Source: Lama glama
Taxonomy: Eukaryota
Assembly: GCA_028534125.1 (NCBI GenBank)
Contig: CM052816.1
Span: 49,168,001 to 49,232,000, forward strand
Direction of reading: 5' to 3'
DNA length: 64,000 nucleotides
A model generated the notes under the pieces. It did not search any database, was not told the origin of the DNA, and saw nothing but the letters and a program-made list of their open reading frames with translations. Of the stretch, positions 1-13,544 are shown in pieces. Numbering within the stretch: the first letter of the stretch is position 1; the number at the start of each line of letters is the position of its first letter. Made by a program: the position numbers and the translations under genes.

Positions 1-19
1 CAAATATATAACAAACTGC

Positions 20-200
20 CTTACTATTTATACCAAGTTATTAACTTGAGTAAGTTATTTAACCTAATGTCAATCTCATTACCTATTAAATGGACATAAA
101 AAGTCTCTATCTTAAGATGGGTCTTTCAAATGTGATTATGTATATTAAGCCTAGAGGAAAGTAAAAAGCAAAATACAAATATTATCCACTATTATTTTAC
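20..200 (+). mobile_element. MIR SINE fragment
   Basis: Degenerate MIR core (cttgagtaagttatttaacc...ctcattacctattaaatgg) and MIR-like 3' tail. Confidence 0.55.
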
Positions 201-299
201 ATCTAATTTATCACAGCAGTTATTTTGCTATTATTCACTTATTATCCAGTGATTTTATATATTTTTCAGGTTTTACTTTTGTTACATACCATGATAGAT

Positions 300-681
300 C
301 TTATTATTGTTCCCCACTATTTGCAACCCCTTTCCTTGAAGGAGGTTTATGCATCCCATTTACTGACATGTGTCAAGCAGTGCATTTTTTGTTATCTAAC
401 CCCACCCCTTAACAACAGGTTTGGGCATGTGAATTGCCTTGGCCAATGAATGTGAATGAAAGTAACAGTGTGTCCTTTTACAGTAGAAAGTTTAAGAGCC
501 ATTATGTTCTTGTGTTGCCTTATTACTCTTTCCCCTATCTCATAATTAAAGCATACCCCATTGGGAATTGCTCATTCAGCATAATCCTGCAATACAAACA
601 AACAAACAAGGGACAGTACTGCAACCACCAGTGACCCCTACATTTAACATAAGCAAGAAATAAACCCTTTTGCTTTAAGCT
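300..681 (+). mobile_element. Old MaLR LTR (MLT1H/I/J-like)
   Basis: MLT1 motifs ttgggcatgtgaattgccttggccaatgaatgtga and agcaagaaataaacccttttgctttaagc. Confidence 0.65.
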
Positions 682-812
682 GTGGTGACACTGTAATTGG
701 TCATCTGGACTAGCAATTGTTTGAGAATGAGTGATATGCTATTAATAATTATACCACGACTATAGGCATAAACATGAACAGTCTTTGGCAAACTAGAAGA
801 ATGTACACCTTA
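682..812. mobile_element. MER94-like hAT (Blackjack) MITE
   Basis: ggtgaca...ttgagaatgagtgatatgctattaataattataccacgactataggcataaac...ggcaaactagaagaatgtacacctta is colinear with the remembered MER94 consensus. Confidence 0.65.
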
Positions 813-1199
813 ACTACATAAACAGTATGAAAGCTCTAAAAAGCATATTACAAAAAATTAAAAAAGTATTACTCCCAATCTTCTCCACCCTCCTACCCAT
901 TTCCAGTAATGCCTTATCATGATTTTGGTCTACCAACAGTATCTGTTAATATTATTTTGATCCTGTAAATAGATTTCTGTCTTGAGTACACTTATCATGG
1001 TTGATTTTCAATTCCTGTATATATTTCCCCCTCAAGTTAATTATCATTTTTAACCTTTTACTCACTTTTCTATGAACATAGCAATAATTCAGCTGCCAAC
1101 CTTTTTCTAGTTGTCTGAATCTCTTGTCTTTATCCCTGTGCATAAAAATTGTGTCAATTTAATTTTTATAAGATCTTGAAAATTCTTAAAGCAATCTCA

Positions 1200-1780
1200 G
1201 AGGTTTTTGCTTTTTCTAAACTGAATTCCATGTCCTCTAGGCCTAGTATGCTTTTGTCATTAATCATTTTCCCTTCACCAGTATATCAGGTATTCCTTGG
1301 TTAATTTCTCTTGTGAAATGGAATCCTGTTGTATGGAGGGTTTTTTTCTGTCCAGGTTTACTCTGCTGTTTTAGCTGAAGCACATGAAATAGCTTCCTGG
1401 AAAAGATACTGGGAAATTTTTTGTAGAAATTTTGCATGTCTGAAAATATCTTCTTTCTAGCTTTAATCAGAATTGACATTAAGCTAAGCAAAGAATTTTA
1501 GTTAGATATCATTTTCCGTAAAATGTTTTCAAATTATTTTTCCATTGCATGAACTTGCAGTATTGTGTTGAGAACTTTAAAACCATTATTATTCCTGACA
1601 TTTAGTATTTGAACTGTTTATTCCCTCCTCTCAGAAGCTGCAGAATCTTTGTCTCGAGAAAGATAAGATGCTGCATGCCTTGCTTTGAATGTATTTTTAT
1701 TCATTGTTCTGGCCTGTTGTTGTGTCCTTTTAAATATTTATTTGATTTTCCCCCTCACCTATTTTCTCTTTTTTCTTGGC
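1200..1780 (-). mobile_element. Ancient L1 (L1ME/L1M5-like) 5'/ORF1-region fragment
   Basis: T-rich antisense L1 motifs: ttgcatgtctgaaaatatc, agaattttagttagatatcattttc, ttttccattg...gttgagaac. Confidence 0.5.
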
Positions 1781-2330
1781 TAAGTAAGTCAAAGTTAATG
1801 GAAGCCAAACATAGTGATGGTTGAAGTCAGCCATTCTTATACCAAAGAATTTATCTTAACTGCTAATCCCCAGCCCTCTGGGGAGCCGGAACAGAGAGGA
1901 CCTCTATGGTCTATTCTTTACCGCTTTATTGGAAAGAGACAATATGTGCTATTGTGTCTAGTTAAGTACAGGCAATTTATGAAGAGGATATCAAGCTCCA
2001 AACACTAGCAAAATGTCCCCCAGAGTGTGTTCAGCTCTGTCCACTGAGATAAGTTATTCCTCCATCTTTCTGGATGACACACTAAGGAAGGTGAGGTCAG
2101 TATTATTTAATCCAGTACTTTTGTATTATGGGGAGAAATGATTGTCCATTTCCTTAAAAAGAAGATTATTAGAAAGGCCCATGCTGCACAACAGATTTGA
2201 AGTTTGAAAAACAGCATCAGAACAAATAAGCAAATGTTAAAATATGGATAAAAGATCAAAACTCATGTTGGTGAATAGGAAATAATATTCAAACCAGAAA
2301 TCTAGAATGAAAATTGTACCTGAATTTAAC

Positions 2331-2378
2331 ACAGAATTTCTTGGTTTTATTGTGCTTTTCTTTACTGCACTTTGCAGA

Positions 2379-2442
<64 letters not shown>

Positions 2443-2462
2443 ACAACTGTATAGTGAAGGTT
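2331..2462 (+). mobile_element. Tigger1 5' terminal fragment containing a (TA)n expansion
   Basis: gttttattgtgcttttctttactgcactttgcagatac...ttttttacaa resembles the Tigger1 left end. Confidence 0.55.
2382..2442. repeat. (TA)n microsatellite followed by poly-T
   Basis: About 23 TA units then a T run; source of the YIYIYI ORFs in the track. Confidence 0.98.
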
Positions 2463-2484
2463 TTTAAGAGTCATAAAATGATCT

Positions 2485-2795
2485 TTAACAAATTCACAGA
2501 ATCACTGTGAATGATGTGTTGAGGATATAGTGTAGAGAGAGCAAGCCTTGAGATAGAAATTTCAATTAGGTATATAATGTAATAATATAAATAAAGAATG
2601 ATTGTAGCTAGGACCAGGGTGGCAGCTATGAAGATGTAGCAGGATATGTTTATCAGTTGGATGTGAAGTATGTGAAAGAGTCAGGGATAACTCCAAAATT
2701 TGTGACCTAGGCAATTGCAAAGATACAGTTACCATTTACTGCCTTAGTAAATACTATGGGAGAAGGTTGCTGGGGAGAAAGAAATCATGATTCTA
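2485..2795 (-). mobile_element. L2 LINE fragment
   Basis: Antisense L2 motifs: ggaccagggtggcagc, gagtcagggataactcc, accatttactg. Confidence 0.7.
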
Positions 2796-4092
2796 AATTC
2801 ACAATTACTGGAAACACTAAGGAAGAGTGGTATTAACTACTGGACTTTCCACAGTCAGATATCTGAGCTGCTCAGAGCTGTTGAAATTTGCGTGGTTAGT
2901 ATTACTACATTAACGAACATGACTGATGTGGCAAATGTATTAACTGTTTAAACAGGATGCCATTGATCAGTCATGATGGCATAAACCTGTATAGCATATA
3001 TTATTTGGGCCACAGGGTTAGCAGGAATGTCTCCCTAAAGTCTACTTTAAGAGTAAAATTACTTCTTTGGTCCATATTAAGTGTTTAGAATTGGAGAGAC
3101 CATTACTCTAACTCAAATCTTTATACCTCGATCATGAAATTCTTTTTTTATGTGTAGAATCAGAAATACAGACAATAGAAAATTAAGCAGAACAAATTTA
3201 AGGAAGAAATAAAATGTGCTTTAGATATGCACACTGATTAATTTATGAGTAGAATTAAGTTTTTCTTTTATTATTGTCTTCTTTTATCTGTGCACATAAT
3301 ATATACTGTTCAAAAGACTGAAATTTGTAAGAGTTACTTAACCTTTGTATAAATATCTTATAGTCTTCCTTACCAGGTAGCTGGCTTATTTATGCCCTAG
3401 ATTTCCCAGTAATGATTCCTTGTGATTTAACTAGAAATTGTGTGACTGGCCTGCCCAAAGAGTAAATGTTTGTCATGACTAGAGGGAATGGACTCAAATG
3501 CATGACAGCAGGCAAGATGTTATTGGGAAATAAGGCAGTTTTTAGAGATAAGACTGAGTTCTCAATAGAGTATGTAGCCAAATTGTGGCTAAGCAGAAGG
3601 AAAACTCAAATGGGAAGTTCCATTATGGAGAAAGTTTTTGTTATAAATTCATTAGAAATGGTCAGGACCATACAGGAATACTAGTTCACCAAGGTTGGCC
3701 TCATATCTCCTGACGTTTTTGTGCAGAGGCAAGAATAGAACCTTCCATGAGCATTCTCCTATTGCAAAGGAATTTTCTCCGAAGGTTGCATGACCAGAGT
3801 AACAGATAGGATTTTGTCTCTTGCAAATCTCTGAAATAAAGTAATATAAAAATATTAGCTGTAACTAATACTATTATTGTTATTAATGTTCCATCAAAAT
3901 GGAAAAGACATTCATATGTGCAAAAGACTTATGGGAAAAGCTAGATATTTTACTTAATTTATGATTCCAATGGTACTCCAAAACATGATATAAGAAATCT
4001 GGTTTTGATCATTCCAAGAACTCTAGAAAGCTTAATAGGAGAGAAAACTTTTCTTTTCTCCCTTCCTTTCTTAGGATGAGCTTGCTGTACCT

Positions 4093-4185
4093 TCAGTCAT
4101 TTATTCAATTATTCACATATTCAAAAGACATTTATTATACAATAATTATGTGTCAAGCACTATTAGCTATCAGTGAAACAAAAGC
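4093..4185 (-). mobile_element. L2 3' end
   Basis: tcatttattcaatt...catttatt...tatgtgtcaagcacta. Confidence 0.5.
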
Positions 4186-4839
4186 ATTTCTTAAAGAGAG
4201 AGCCTGAGGTTACACTCTGGGATGTAATTTCCCCAAACAGAGTAGATTGGGTGGAGAACTAAGAAGATCAGCCGTCTTTTGCAGAAATGTGCATGGTTAA
4301 TCAGAGTTGCTCTATTCCTTCAAAATATTTATGGGCATCACACAATACAAGCAACAGACAAGGTCTAACCAAGCACCCTCCCACCCCCTGCTCCCATTGT
4401 ACTTCTAGCCTTGATAATAAACATTGGCAATGAGATGATATTCCAATGTATGCAAATGTTTGTATTTTCCAGGAAGGACCTAAACAAAATGGCAAATACC
4501 AAAATTTTTATTTTGTTATTCTCCCAGTTCCTTTCCTTTGGAACAACTACTATAGCCCAAATTTTATTTTCCTCTATCCTGTAGGTGCTGGTTTCCTTCA
4601 AGCTAAATAAATTCATTATCTCAAGTGCCCACGTTGTGGTGCCTCCCTTTGACACTTCCTTTCAGAATTTTAATCTTGCGTTGTTACTTATTCCTCTCTG
4701 AAAAACATGTTTCCTTCCTCATAATGACTGCTTTAGATATTAGATCATGTAATTAAGTTAAACCATTTTTAATGTAGTAATTTGCTAGTCTGGGTGATCA
4801 AGAAGTCAGCTGGAAAGTTTAAAATGAGTAAAATTATTA

Positions 4840-4935
4840 TATATTCCCAGCATCCACCTCAGCAGTTATTATACAGACCTCTGAAGATGGGTCTTAGGAA
4901 ATCAGAGATAAAAAATGTTTCCTAATGCAGCCTAG
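4840..4935. mobile_element. MER5-like hAT-Charlie fragment
   Basis: attcccagcatccacctcag...ctctgaagatgggtcttaggaaatc...ctaatgcagcc. Confidence 0.35.
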
Positions 4936-6916
4936 CCCATATATTGATTTTGGGGTGTATCTGCTTTACCATTATGGAGTGACAGCAGAAGCAGGGATGT
5001 CAGAGTGAAGCTGAAGGGCAGAGTAAGAAGGAAAAATACTCAGTTTAAGTTGTTTGTTACATTTTGGTATTTTCTCTTTACTCAAATCTTCAGTAAGTTG
5101 GCTGTACGCACACATACCGTCTGAAGAAATCAAGGAAAGGACAGACCCTGTTTTACTTTTGGGGCTACAGACTTGGGGAATCAGAGTCATTTTGGATAGC
5201 ATGACAGACCCCCTTCTGCCATACGTGTCAATTACTGTGCCTCTTAGTTTACTACTAGTGTAGGCAGTTGGCCCACTAACAAAACATAGCTTTCTCTAAT
5301 CTGCTGAAAGACATCTCCAAGGAGCATGGAAAATGTTGAAATAATTGTTAGGGGGTGTGTGTGTGTAGTGGGGAGGGTATCCAAGAATGCATAGGACTAT
5401 ATATAGCAGGCTGTGTTACCACATACTCCATGACGCAATGAATTATACCACTCTTTTCTGGAAATTTGCCCAGCCCTGGGTGAGGAGTGCTTGCTGGGGC
5501 AGAATCCAGGACTAGAAGGAGTCAGAAATGCTCATCTTTTTGTTAGGTTATAGGAAAGCAAGATTTCCTAGACAGAACGTACCCCTGTGCTACCGAGGAC
5601 TCGGTGACATGCAATTTTTCCGTTGGCTGTTAGAAATGTACCAATGCTGGGTCAGGAGTGCCTACAGGGATGAACCCTGGATGTTTAGAAGAGGAAATGC
5701 CCATCCTTTAGTTATGATGGGTAAAAATCTGAAATTCCGAGATAAAATGCAATTGCATTATTTCAGTTATATAATTTTTCCCAGATTTTAACATATCTAA
5801 ATTCACTATAATTCTTGCCATCCAGGAGCAGGTAGGCTGTAGAGTTTATTGCCTATCCCTGTGTATCAGGAATTATAGAATAGTGTCAGCTGCTTGGACA
5901 GTAATCCTAAAGAAAATAGTGCAGCATTCCATTAAGACATAATAAATCACCAATGCTTGTGTCACCGCAGAGGATGATTCTCTGTGGGGAGGAAAGAAAA
6001 ACTTACTGATGATCCCAAGTGGTCCATCAAAAGGTCCAAAAGATGGACTCTGTATGTAAAGAAATTTTTGTTCTAGAGTCATTTAATCAATTACTATATT
6101 TTTTTATGATTGCACAAGAGTGATATATAAGAAGAGAGATTTCAGTAAGAGTGAAATAAAAACTGTAAGTGATATAAAATACTGTGTCGGTATTAAATTG
6201 GCAGAGATTTTCACCCTTTTAATTTAGTGGTATGTATAATAATTGCACATGTATTATAGATAGGGTCTTAGATCTAATAACTTTCACTATTCTGAGAATT
6301 TGGCCCTGGTCAAACAGAAGTTAAAGCTTATCTAGAGCTACTGAGTACAGAATAGGAGAGATGAATCTCAACCATTTCAAAGAAAGCAGGAATCCTTGTA
6401 GGAGGACTTAAAGGAGCCAGGGTAATAATCTAATTTCTTAATATCTGTGTATAGAACCAGGCCCTATACACTGCCTAGTCAGCCTTGTTACCCGTCAGGC
6501 ACGATCCCTTATGCTGAAGGTACGGTGGCAATAACAGCTATTTATCTCCCAATTAGCCTGTGCCTACCAGATACTCTCTCTGATGCATAGAAATTTTTCT
6601 GGCACAGTAAATTCTGCTCTAGAGAAGACTTCACTAGAGTTGAGATTTAGTGTGAAGAACTAACACTCTGTTAGGAAGAGTGAGTGACATCCCCCTGTCT
6701 ATGCACTTGAATGTAATTCACCACCAACTAGAAGACAGACGAAGTACTAGGACTGTGAGTCAGAGGGGAAAGATGCAGAAATGAATGTTTTAGAGTGACC
6801 CAGTTCTCCATCTTCCCTCAGCTTCAGAACTTATTCCAAATTCAGACCACCTTAAGCGAAGCAGAACACCTAAAGAGGGCTTCATAGAATTGGAAAGGAA
6901 ATATCTAGGAGAAAGA

Positions 6917-7040
6917 GATAACATAGTGTAACATAATATAATGCATAGCATAGTATAACATAGTGTAATATGTAACAGAATAGCATAGCATAACAGAGCA
7001 TAACATATAATATAACATGAAATAACATATGATAACATGA
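6917..7040. repeat. Degenerate pentanucleotide repeat (ATAAC/ATAGC)n
   Basis: Directly visible; explains the CY-rich minus-strand ORF 6790-7068. Confidence 0.85.
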
Positions 7041-9229
7041 ATGCATCCCCTCTGGAGGATAAAAACATTTACTTCTTATTTAACTTCATTCTCCCTGGGC
7101 CACATGGGGAAAATACCATCTTCATTGTTCACCATTATTTGATATATAGCATCGACCATCCTCAGAAAACTGGTTGAGGAGAAAATCTTTCAGCTGCATG
7201 GTATTTTAAGTACAAAATGAATGTATTTTGTCATGACTACATCATATTTAGGAAACAGAGATAGTTTTTACAGGGTCCACAAAATTTTAGTAGAGGAGTA
7301 TAATAGCTGGTTGAAAAAGTATTAATTAGTTTTAATAATTATTATATTATTACATTTTAAAATTCTTATAAAATATAATTATAAAAATTATTTAAAGTGT
7401 TATTTAATTACCTAGCACTGTAGTTCCGTTTGGGAAGTTTTTTTTAAAAGACTATATTGAATAAAGTTAATGGGAATACTGAAGATAAAGCCAACTAATT
7501 TGGTGGCCTGTAAGCACTTGCAAATTGTGGGCAATGAACCTTGAAGAACTAAGCTTTTAAATCTTTAAAATGTATTCTTATGGAAACACCCATATTGGGT
7601 TTTCCATACCTATTGTGAAGTCAACTATATAAGTTTTGTTTTATTTTTTGTTTGCTTGCTTGTTATTTTGATGATGGTGTAGAAATTGAATAATGTGGGC
7701 CATGTTTCACACCTAGGACAGTGTTTCCCCAAACAGGAACAAACTGTTAGGAATGGTAAGATGATCCAAAGAGCAGTAGAATCCAGTGGTGACAATGAAG
7801 AAATGAAGCCAACCTCCCACCTCGGACCACAAACCACGGAGATGACAGGACCATGCAAATCTCAGACATAGGTGGAAGAGGTGCTTCAGTTGATATTTGT
7901 CTTATCCTGAGATAGTAGCAATCTTGCCAAACATGACTTTTAGGAAACAACAAACTCTACAGCAACCATAAAAAATTTACTAGATATTGTATGATTTAGG
8001 CTTTTTTTTCCTTTTAAGGCAATTGCACTTTGAATAAAAGAAGTTCTGAGAAATTCTCTGAACACAATCCAGCACAATTGACATGTAGCTGTGAATCTAA
8101 ATAAAACAATCAATACAAATAAATTCCCACTTTATTAATTCTCCTTAACATTATAAGTTTTTTTTTTATTTTAAAAGAACAATTCTTTTGAAATTTCCCT
8201 ATTTCAAATTTTATTTCCTTTATTATGAGATTTAACATAATTTGGAGAGTCTATTTTTGTAGAATTTTCGTATAACACTTTTTATTATCCACTTAAAATC
8301 TTTGACCTTGTGATAAATTCACCATCTTGTCTAATAGAAGTATCATGGACTTCAAGTCTTATTTGAAGAAATAGCTTTAAGCTTTAAAAATAGAGATTAA
8401 GTTCTGTTTACAGAAGTCTAGCTAATTCCTGAGAATCTCTAAATTTCAATAGCAAAAAATTATTCTGATTTACAGTCTTTTCATCATCCATTTCAGGTTT
8501 GACAGGTAGACAAAATAAATGAAAACAAAATTTTATGAAATTATAATAAAATTATTCTAACGTCTCATCTCAGAAAGGAATCATTGAAAGTCATTTAAAA
8601 GCAATTCAGTTACATCCGCTGTTTTTCCAATTGCAGATATGCTTTAGTGTTGATGACAATAAAAAGTTTAAGCAATTCAAGCAATTTTCAAACATATTTT
8701 TCTTCTTCTTTTGAGGTCTGTATAATCCTTCTCCCTTATTAAGAGGATTAAATTTCATCTCTTTATTTGCTCTCTCTTTGTGCAATACAGAGTAAGTCCA
8801 TCTTTTCCAAGTGAAATAGTGACCTCAAGACTGACATTCATTTCATATCAGTTTGTAGCAAGATTCTAACATTTACCAGGTTGAAAGGTGTTTCTTGAAG
8901 GCCGAGGTTTAGGAACAGTTCATGAATACACGTGAGTGAGGAAGTGCAGCTTCCAGTAATGTTCCTGGAGCTGGTCACAGAGATTCTTCTTCAGTCTCTT
9001 AGGTTTAGGTCCATAATTGTAGTCAAGGCATTAATGTTCTTGATTATTGATTGATTAATTGATTGGCAGAGGTGGGGTGAAATCATATCTAAGAGATTTG
9101 CCAATTTTAAACAAATGAAAATCCACAGTTCATGGAAAGAAAATTATTTTGAGCTATGAAAGACTCTGCTAACCAAAATATATCTCTTGTATTATTATCC
9201 ACGTAATTACAGAAATAGTGAGCTGAATA

Positions 9230-9400
9230 ATTGGCATCAGAGAATATGGCTTCAAGTTCCTACTCCACCGTTTACAAGTTTTTGTGATCTAGGGCAAGTT
9301 ACTTAACTCTCTAAGCTATGTTTTCTCATCTGTAAAATTAGAATACTCACAGGTTGCAGTGAGCCTTGAAGAGAGGAGTGCCAGCTATTATCATTACTGC
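9230..9400 (+). mobile_element. MIR SINE
   Basis: Clear core tgtgatctagggcaagttacttaactctctaagctatgttttctcatctgtaaaat. Confidence 0.85.
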
Positions 9401-10521
9401 ACTATAAAGATGTCCCAAATATAGAAGTAATATGCTTCAGGGTTGTGTGACTCACTTTGACTCTGAGAGATAACCATCCAGATGCATGCAGAATCCCAGG
9501 ATATTCAGAGAGATGGGTATTTGGTGATGTGTGCTTGGAGGGTACTCTGGCCTGAAGGCAAGTGCAGGGGTACTTTTCTGGCGTGAATGGTCATAAAGTT
9601 CTTAAATCTGCCATTAGGAAAAAGGACTGAAACTTTTGAGGCCCCAAGTCTCTTCAAGGAGCTAGGCTCAGACCTCATTTCTCTACAGGTCTATAAGCTC
9701 TTCTCTTCTTGGAAATGTTATGTCAAACTCTTAGACTAACTGTACATAGGTAGACTGTATAGATGACTCCTCTTACTGGTCTACCCCTCTTGAAGCCCAT
9801 AACCAAAATATATCACATCCTGAAGTCAGTGACTATCATATATTTTAGTTTATCCTTTGCTGCCCAAATTTGAGAATACTGAGATTAACCTATAGAACAC
9901 ATTTTTTCCTATTGTTTTTTATTCATCTAAATGAATGTGCTTTGGATGTTTCATCCCACTGAGAACAAGCCAGATGGGGGAAAAAAGTAATTTTCTTCCC
10001 AGGACTTACATCTGGAATGATATAAGACCAAGTATGTAATGGAAAAAAAAAAGGAAAATGGAAAGCATTTTTTCAAGAAACACTTGAGCGTGGGCTGTAT
10101 AGATAATGTTCACAGAAAACATGATCCCCAAAAAAGAGAATACCATCAGCTTCAATCAAATAGTTGAAAATACAGGAAAAGAACTTCAGGAAAGAAATTT
10201 AATAATTCTAAGCTGGTAGAAACATAAATAAATGTAAATGTTCCTGATCAAGTTCTGCCTGGGTTTTGGCTGTCCCTTTTTGATAGTGAATATTTTCCAT
10301 CACCTCATAGTATTTTTCAAACTCATAGAACTACTTAATGAAGTTTCTAATATTTTAGTGATAGTCAAGATTGGAATAGTCCAAATACCACCTTGATCAT
10401 CAAACATTGTTAAGTGCTTGTGGCTATAGTGTCAAAGGGCTGGGCCCCGGAACATTTACATTGTTCAGAGCACCAAGGCAAAGAAAACCTGTGCATGGGG
10501 AAATTCGTGTGTGTTGTGTTA

Positions 10522-10839
10522 TATGTCCAGAATCCCTCGTCTGCAATTCCAGGATCCAAAGAGCTCTGATAACCAAAAAGTTTTTTGTATAATGACAAAA
10601 CTAGACCTATACTGATGTATGATTACTTGTTGAATTTTTTCTTATTTAAATCAGATATTTATATTGTTTATATATTTTGAAGTATTAACATATCTGAATA
10701 GGGGGAGCTGTTCCAGGCCCCACTGAATGTTAGCATAATACAAGATACATGCAGACTGTTAACTTTAAAAAATTCAAACAAAGTCCCAATTTTGGAATAC
10801 ATCTGGCCTCTGAGGTTTGGATAAGGAATTGTAGATCTG
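10522..10839. mobile_element. TcMar-Tigger non-autonomous element (MITE)
   Basis: Degenerate TIRs: tatgtccagaatccctcgtctg versus reverse complement of the right end, cagatctacaattccttatcca; TA on the left flank. Confidence 0.65.
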
Positions 10840-12465
10840 ACCATATTTCATGAGCAATATATTTCTATCACTCTAGCACTTCTGTTTTAAGTCACATGAT
10901 TTATATTAGGAAATTTATTCCTTAACATATGCTTATTTTGATTTCAAGTAATGAATATTTATTTACATAGTAATTATAAAAATTAAATCCTTTGGTTTCC
11001 TCCTACCAATTTAATTACAAGCTCCTCTAGGCTAGTTTCTAATAGCTTTATAATATTTTCTTTATCTACAAAGTCATGTATCCAAATGAAAGATTACATT
11101 GAAACCATTATCTAGTTCTAAGTAATTTTAATCACAAGATATATTTTAACTTTTTTACTAATTGTCTTAACTAAAATGAGAAAATGTTATATGTATTTGC
11201 ACAATTTATTTGATTGTGCTTTGTACACAACATAGAGGTCTATAAGCATAAAATTATGATAACTATTATTATGATAATGAGTTTATATAAAAGCAACAAC
11301 TCACACTCCTTTATTTTGAATTCAGCATAATATTTCAGAAGAAATTTTGAAAGGAATGATTGATCAGGAATGTTTTTATGACAACTAAGACTGCTCTCAT
11401 TTCAAGAGAAATCTTTAAGTCATGGGTTATAACCAGAAAACTGAAAGTGCATTAATTCTGAAAGTTCAAGCGACCCTCTTTCAGGAGGAAAATTATTTCA
11501 TTGCTTTCCAGAAATACATAGCTTGATTGGTTATATTATCTTTAGTAATAAAAAAATTGTCATCTTCCTCCTCATTTTGCTTGTTTTGTATGTTTGGCTA
11601 AGGAATTAATGTATAAAACCTGAGTTATCACTTCTTTTTTAGGTCGGCACCATGTTGATGATACACAAATTTGAATTCAATGTCACAATTACGAAGGACA
11701 TAATTAAGGCAAGTGGAAAATAAAAATTGACTTAATTTTCTCAGAAATACCAGGTCACAGAAATTGTGACAGATGCAGCTGTGCTGATGCATATTTTTAG
11801 TATTCTCCTTATTGTCTCCTGTTCACTGAAACATCTGCTTCATTTTCCAAACTAGTAAAAAGTCTTCAAGCCCTAATAGACTCCACACTGAGTTTTATGG
11901 ATTGTATTAGTTGAGTTCTTCTTTTCCCTTATTCATCAGAGGAACATGTTTCTCATAAATCAATATTTAACTAGACAACTTGCTAGAAAGATTGTTGAAA
12001 TTCTTGTTTATAAATCTCTCATTTATTTGAAAGGATTCTTTTCTTTTTAAGTTTAAAACTACTTGTACCAAAAAAATCCATTTAGCAGAATAATAAGATG
12101 TATAAAGGAGTAGGCTCTTCAAAATTAAAGAATAATGTGTCAGTGTTAAAGTTCAGTGAACTGCTGTGTATGTGAGTACCTGTGTATGCGTTTCATATCT
12201 CAGTGCATGTGAAAATACAGAATCTCCATGAAAATATAAACTATATATTTATTTAGTTAAGAATGCTTACTAAGTTTTTTCTACAATAACAGTAGATGAG
12301 TATTTGTGGAATTGTGGAGTTTCTCATAATATTACACCTCATTGTGATACATTGAGTACCTAGTTGGTTGATATTACTTTTGAAAGTACACAAGTCCACA
12401 AAGCTTTAAAAGATCATACCAATTAAATGAAAAAGGATGAAGAGTGAGCAGCCAATAGAAAATCA

Positions 12466-12514
12466 TATCTATGTATATGTGTGTATATATATATATATAT
12501 GTATATTCACACAC
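12466..12514. repeat. Compound (TA)/(TG)/(CA) microsatellite
   Basis: Directly visible. Confidence 0.8.
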
Positions 12515-13544
12515 ATTTTATCTTTTTAACGAGGTAAAACAATTATGACAAGAAAACGTATTCAAATTTATTGTAAAACTTTCCTGAAATGTACAGAGAC
12601 TTTATTCTATCATGAAAAGGTCCACCTCCTTGAATATCAATATATTTAAATGGAGATTTAGTCATACCCAGTGACTATGAGAATTCTATGGATACATAAA
12701 ATAGCCTATATAATTGTGTGCATAGGTCTCCTATGAAAGAAAAAGAAAATAGAACTCACTCAATCTCACCTCTCATTGTGAGAAGTAAATAGTTGTATGT
12801 AAAGAGTGGGATAAACATCATTTCCCATGAAATGTTCTCCATTTCGAAGAAGCCAGGAGAGTTTGGTGGCTTGATCGCTCCTCAGGTTCTAGGTGGCCTT
12901 GATACCAATCCTGTTGCCGATATGACTGCTACTATGCAGGGTCAGCGGTGTGCACATCACTGCACTGGCTGATTAGTCAGCCCTCTGGCTGATACCCTTC
13001 TGGGGATAGCGATTGTTTCTGAGGTGGGGTTGTGAACTACATGGCAAGTCAGAATGATGCTCAAGACTTTCGTATAATGACTAGTAACAGTTGAAAAAAA
13101 GGGTAAGTTTGCTTTGGACAGTGAGATGTACAGAAAAGTACCAAAGTGATAGAATAAGGCCATCAAAAAATTAAAACTGGAGCATAACCAAAAAACAGTT
13201 TATCTGAAAAATTATGCAAAATTATAAAGCTTTTTTAAGATTGTGTCAAATATAAGGCGAAGTAAGGTTTTTTTTTCTGTTTTTCATATAATTGGTTCTG
13301 AGATGTAAAATTGTGCTATTAGTCAGAGAATGGAAAGGGGACTTCTAATTTTTCATATCAGTTTATACCAAACATGTATTACTTAATAATAATTTTAAAT
13401 AACAATTTAATGTATGCAGTTATTTTCTTAAAAGGTGACAGTCTTCCTTAAATCTAAATCCTTATGCCTCACCATCATGAGGAATTTTCACAAATACATT
13501 TTAAAAGGCCAGACTATATTGCAAACCTGCCAGTTTTTAAAGAG

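Noticed and set aside
5530..5725. Possible exon (ttttgttag|...|gtaaaa) overlapping an 87-aa ORF
   Set aside because: Weak donor, no recognisable protein and no partner exons.
7579..7608. 13-bp stem hairpin tatggaaa(c)accca-tat-tgggttttccata
   Set aside because: Too short for a pre-miRNA and expected by chance in 64 kb of AT-rich DNA.
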